A DNA stretch of 64,000 bases from Marsupella aquatica. Taxonomy: Eukaryota > Plantae > Marchantiophyta. Below are positions 63,583 to 64,000 of this stretch, one piece after another. The DNA is taken from NCBI GenBank assembly GCA_973895155.1, contig OZ316892.1:20099869-20163868 (forward strand), read 5' to 3'. Position numbers and translations under genes: made by a program. The notes under the pieces were generated by a model. That model made no database searches. It was not told the origin of the DNA and was given only the letters and a program-made list of their open reading frames with translations. The number at the start of each line of letters is the position of its first letter. The stretch's first letter is position 1.

Positions 63583-64000
63583 ATGTTGCAGTCCTTTGAT
63601 ATGAATCAAAAATCTCATCGTCAAATGATGATGGAGCGCATTGCACGTGCAAAGGTTATGAACCGAAACATGATATGGAGTCAAGCTAAAGACCTGATAC
63701 CCGGTCTTCCGGATGATATTGTCGAGAAATATATTTGGTCATTAGTCAAAGAGTTTTTCCACTGTCTTGGGAATTTGTCGGATAATGCGATTAAAAATCG
63801 GGTCATGGACTTGATCGCCATTCGAACAGTCAGTAAGAAGTGGTGCCACATAGTTACTTATAGTAGTACTTGGGCGAAGATCACCTTGGTAGCTTACGAC
63901 TTCACTGATAGACCAGGATATGAATCGCTTCGAAGGCATTTGACTTCACGGAGTGTAGCATTCAGATTTACAGAATCCATCAGAATTCTCCCGCCGTTGG
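63583..64000 (+). CDS. Atypical F-box-like protein (paralog 2), runs off the window end (absent from the ORF track)
   Basis: Open frame from ATG 63583/63601: ...DLIPGLPDDIVEKYIWSLVKEFF...GNLS...IRTVSKKWCHIV.., with no stop before 64000. Confidence 0.7.
   Translation, partial: MLQSFDMNQKSHRQMMMERIARAKVMNRNMIWSQAKDLIPGLPDDIVEKYIWSLVKEFFHCLGNLSDNAIKNRVMDLIAIRTVSKKWCHIVTYSSTWAKITLVAYDFTDRPGYESLRRHLTSRSVAFRFTESIRILPPL

Overview
Eukaryotic, intron-containing land-plant DNA. The gene and transposon content suggests a non-seed plant such as a liverwort, which is an inference. There are two apparently intact host genes on the + strand: an 8-exon SUVR1/2/4-type histone H3K9 methyltransferase (WIYLD + pre-SET + SET + post-SET, 6943-11703) and a DP (E2F dimerisation partner) transcription factor (about 27157-30425). 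Pseudogenes include an intronless HECT E3 ligase that has lost its catalytic Cys, a second HECT fragment, and an F-box/Kelch gene with one nonsense codon. The rest is transposon-rich. It holds a four-level nest (long-TIR element < LINE < solo LTR < MITE, with TSDs on the three inner layers), a non-autonomous CACTA, MITEs and Helitron-like ends. The most interesting region is 50.7-64 kb. There a decayed Sola-type DDD transposase, a divergent intact Cys4 zinc-finger ORF, two paralogous atypical F-box ORFs and two tandem arrays (257 bp and 80 bp units) are all linked by about 19 copies of one CG-rich 18-bp palindrome (consensus SACGCGAC-NN-GTCGCGTS). This suggests one large cargo-carrying transposon with a VANC/VANDAL-like sequence-specific regulatory or anti-silencing system. 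All of this was read by eye; no searches were run.
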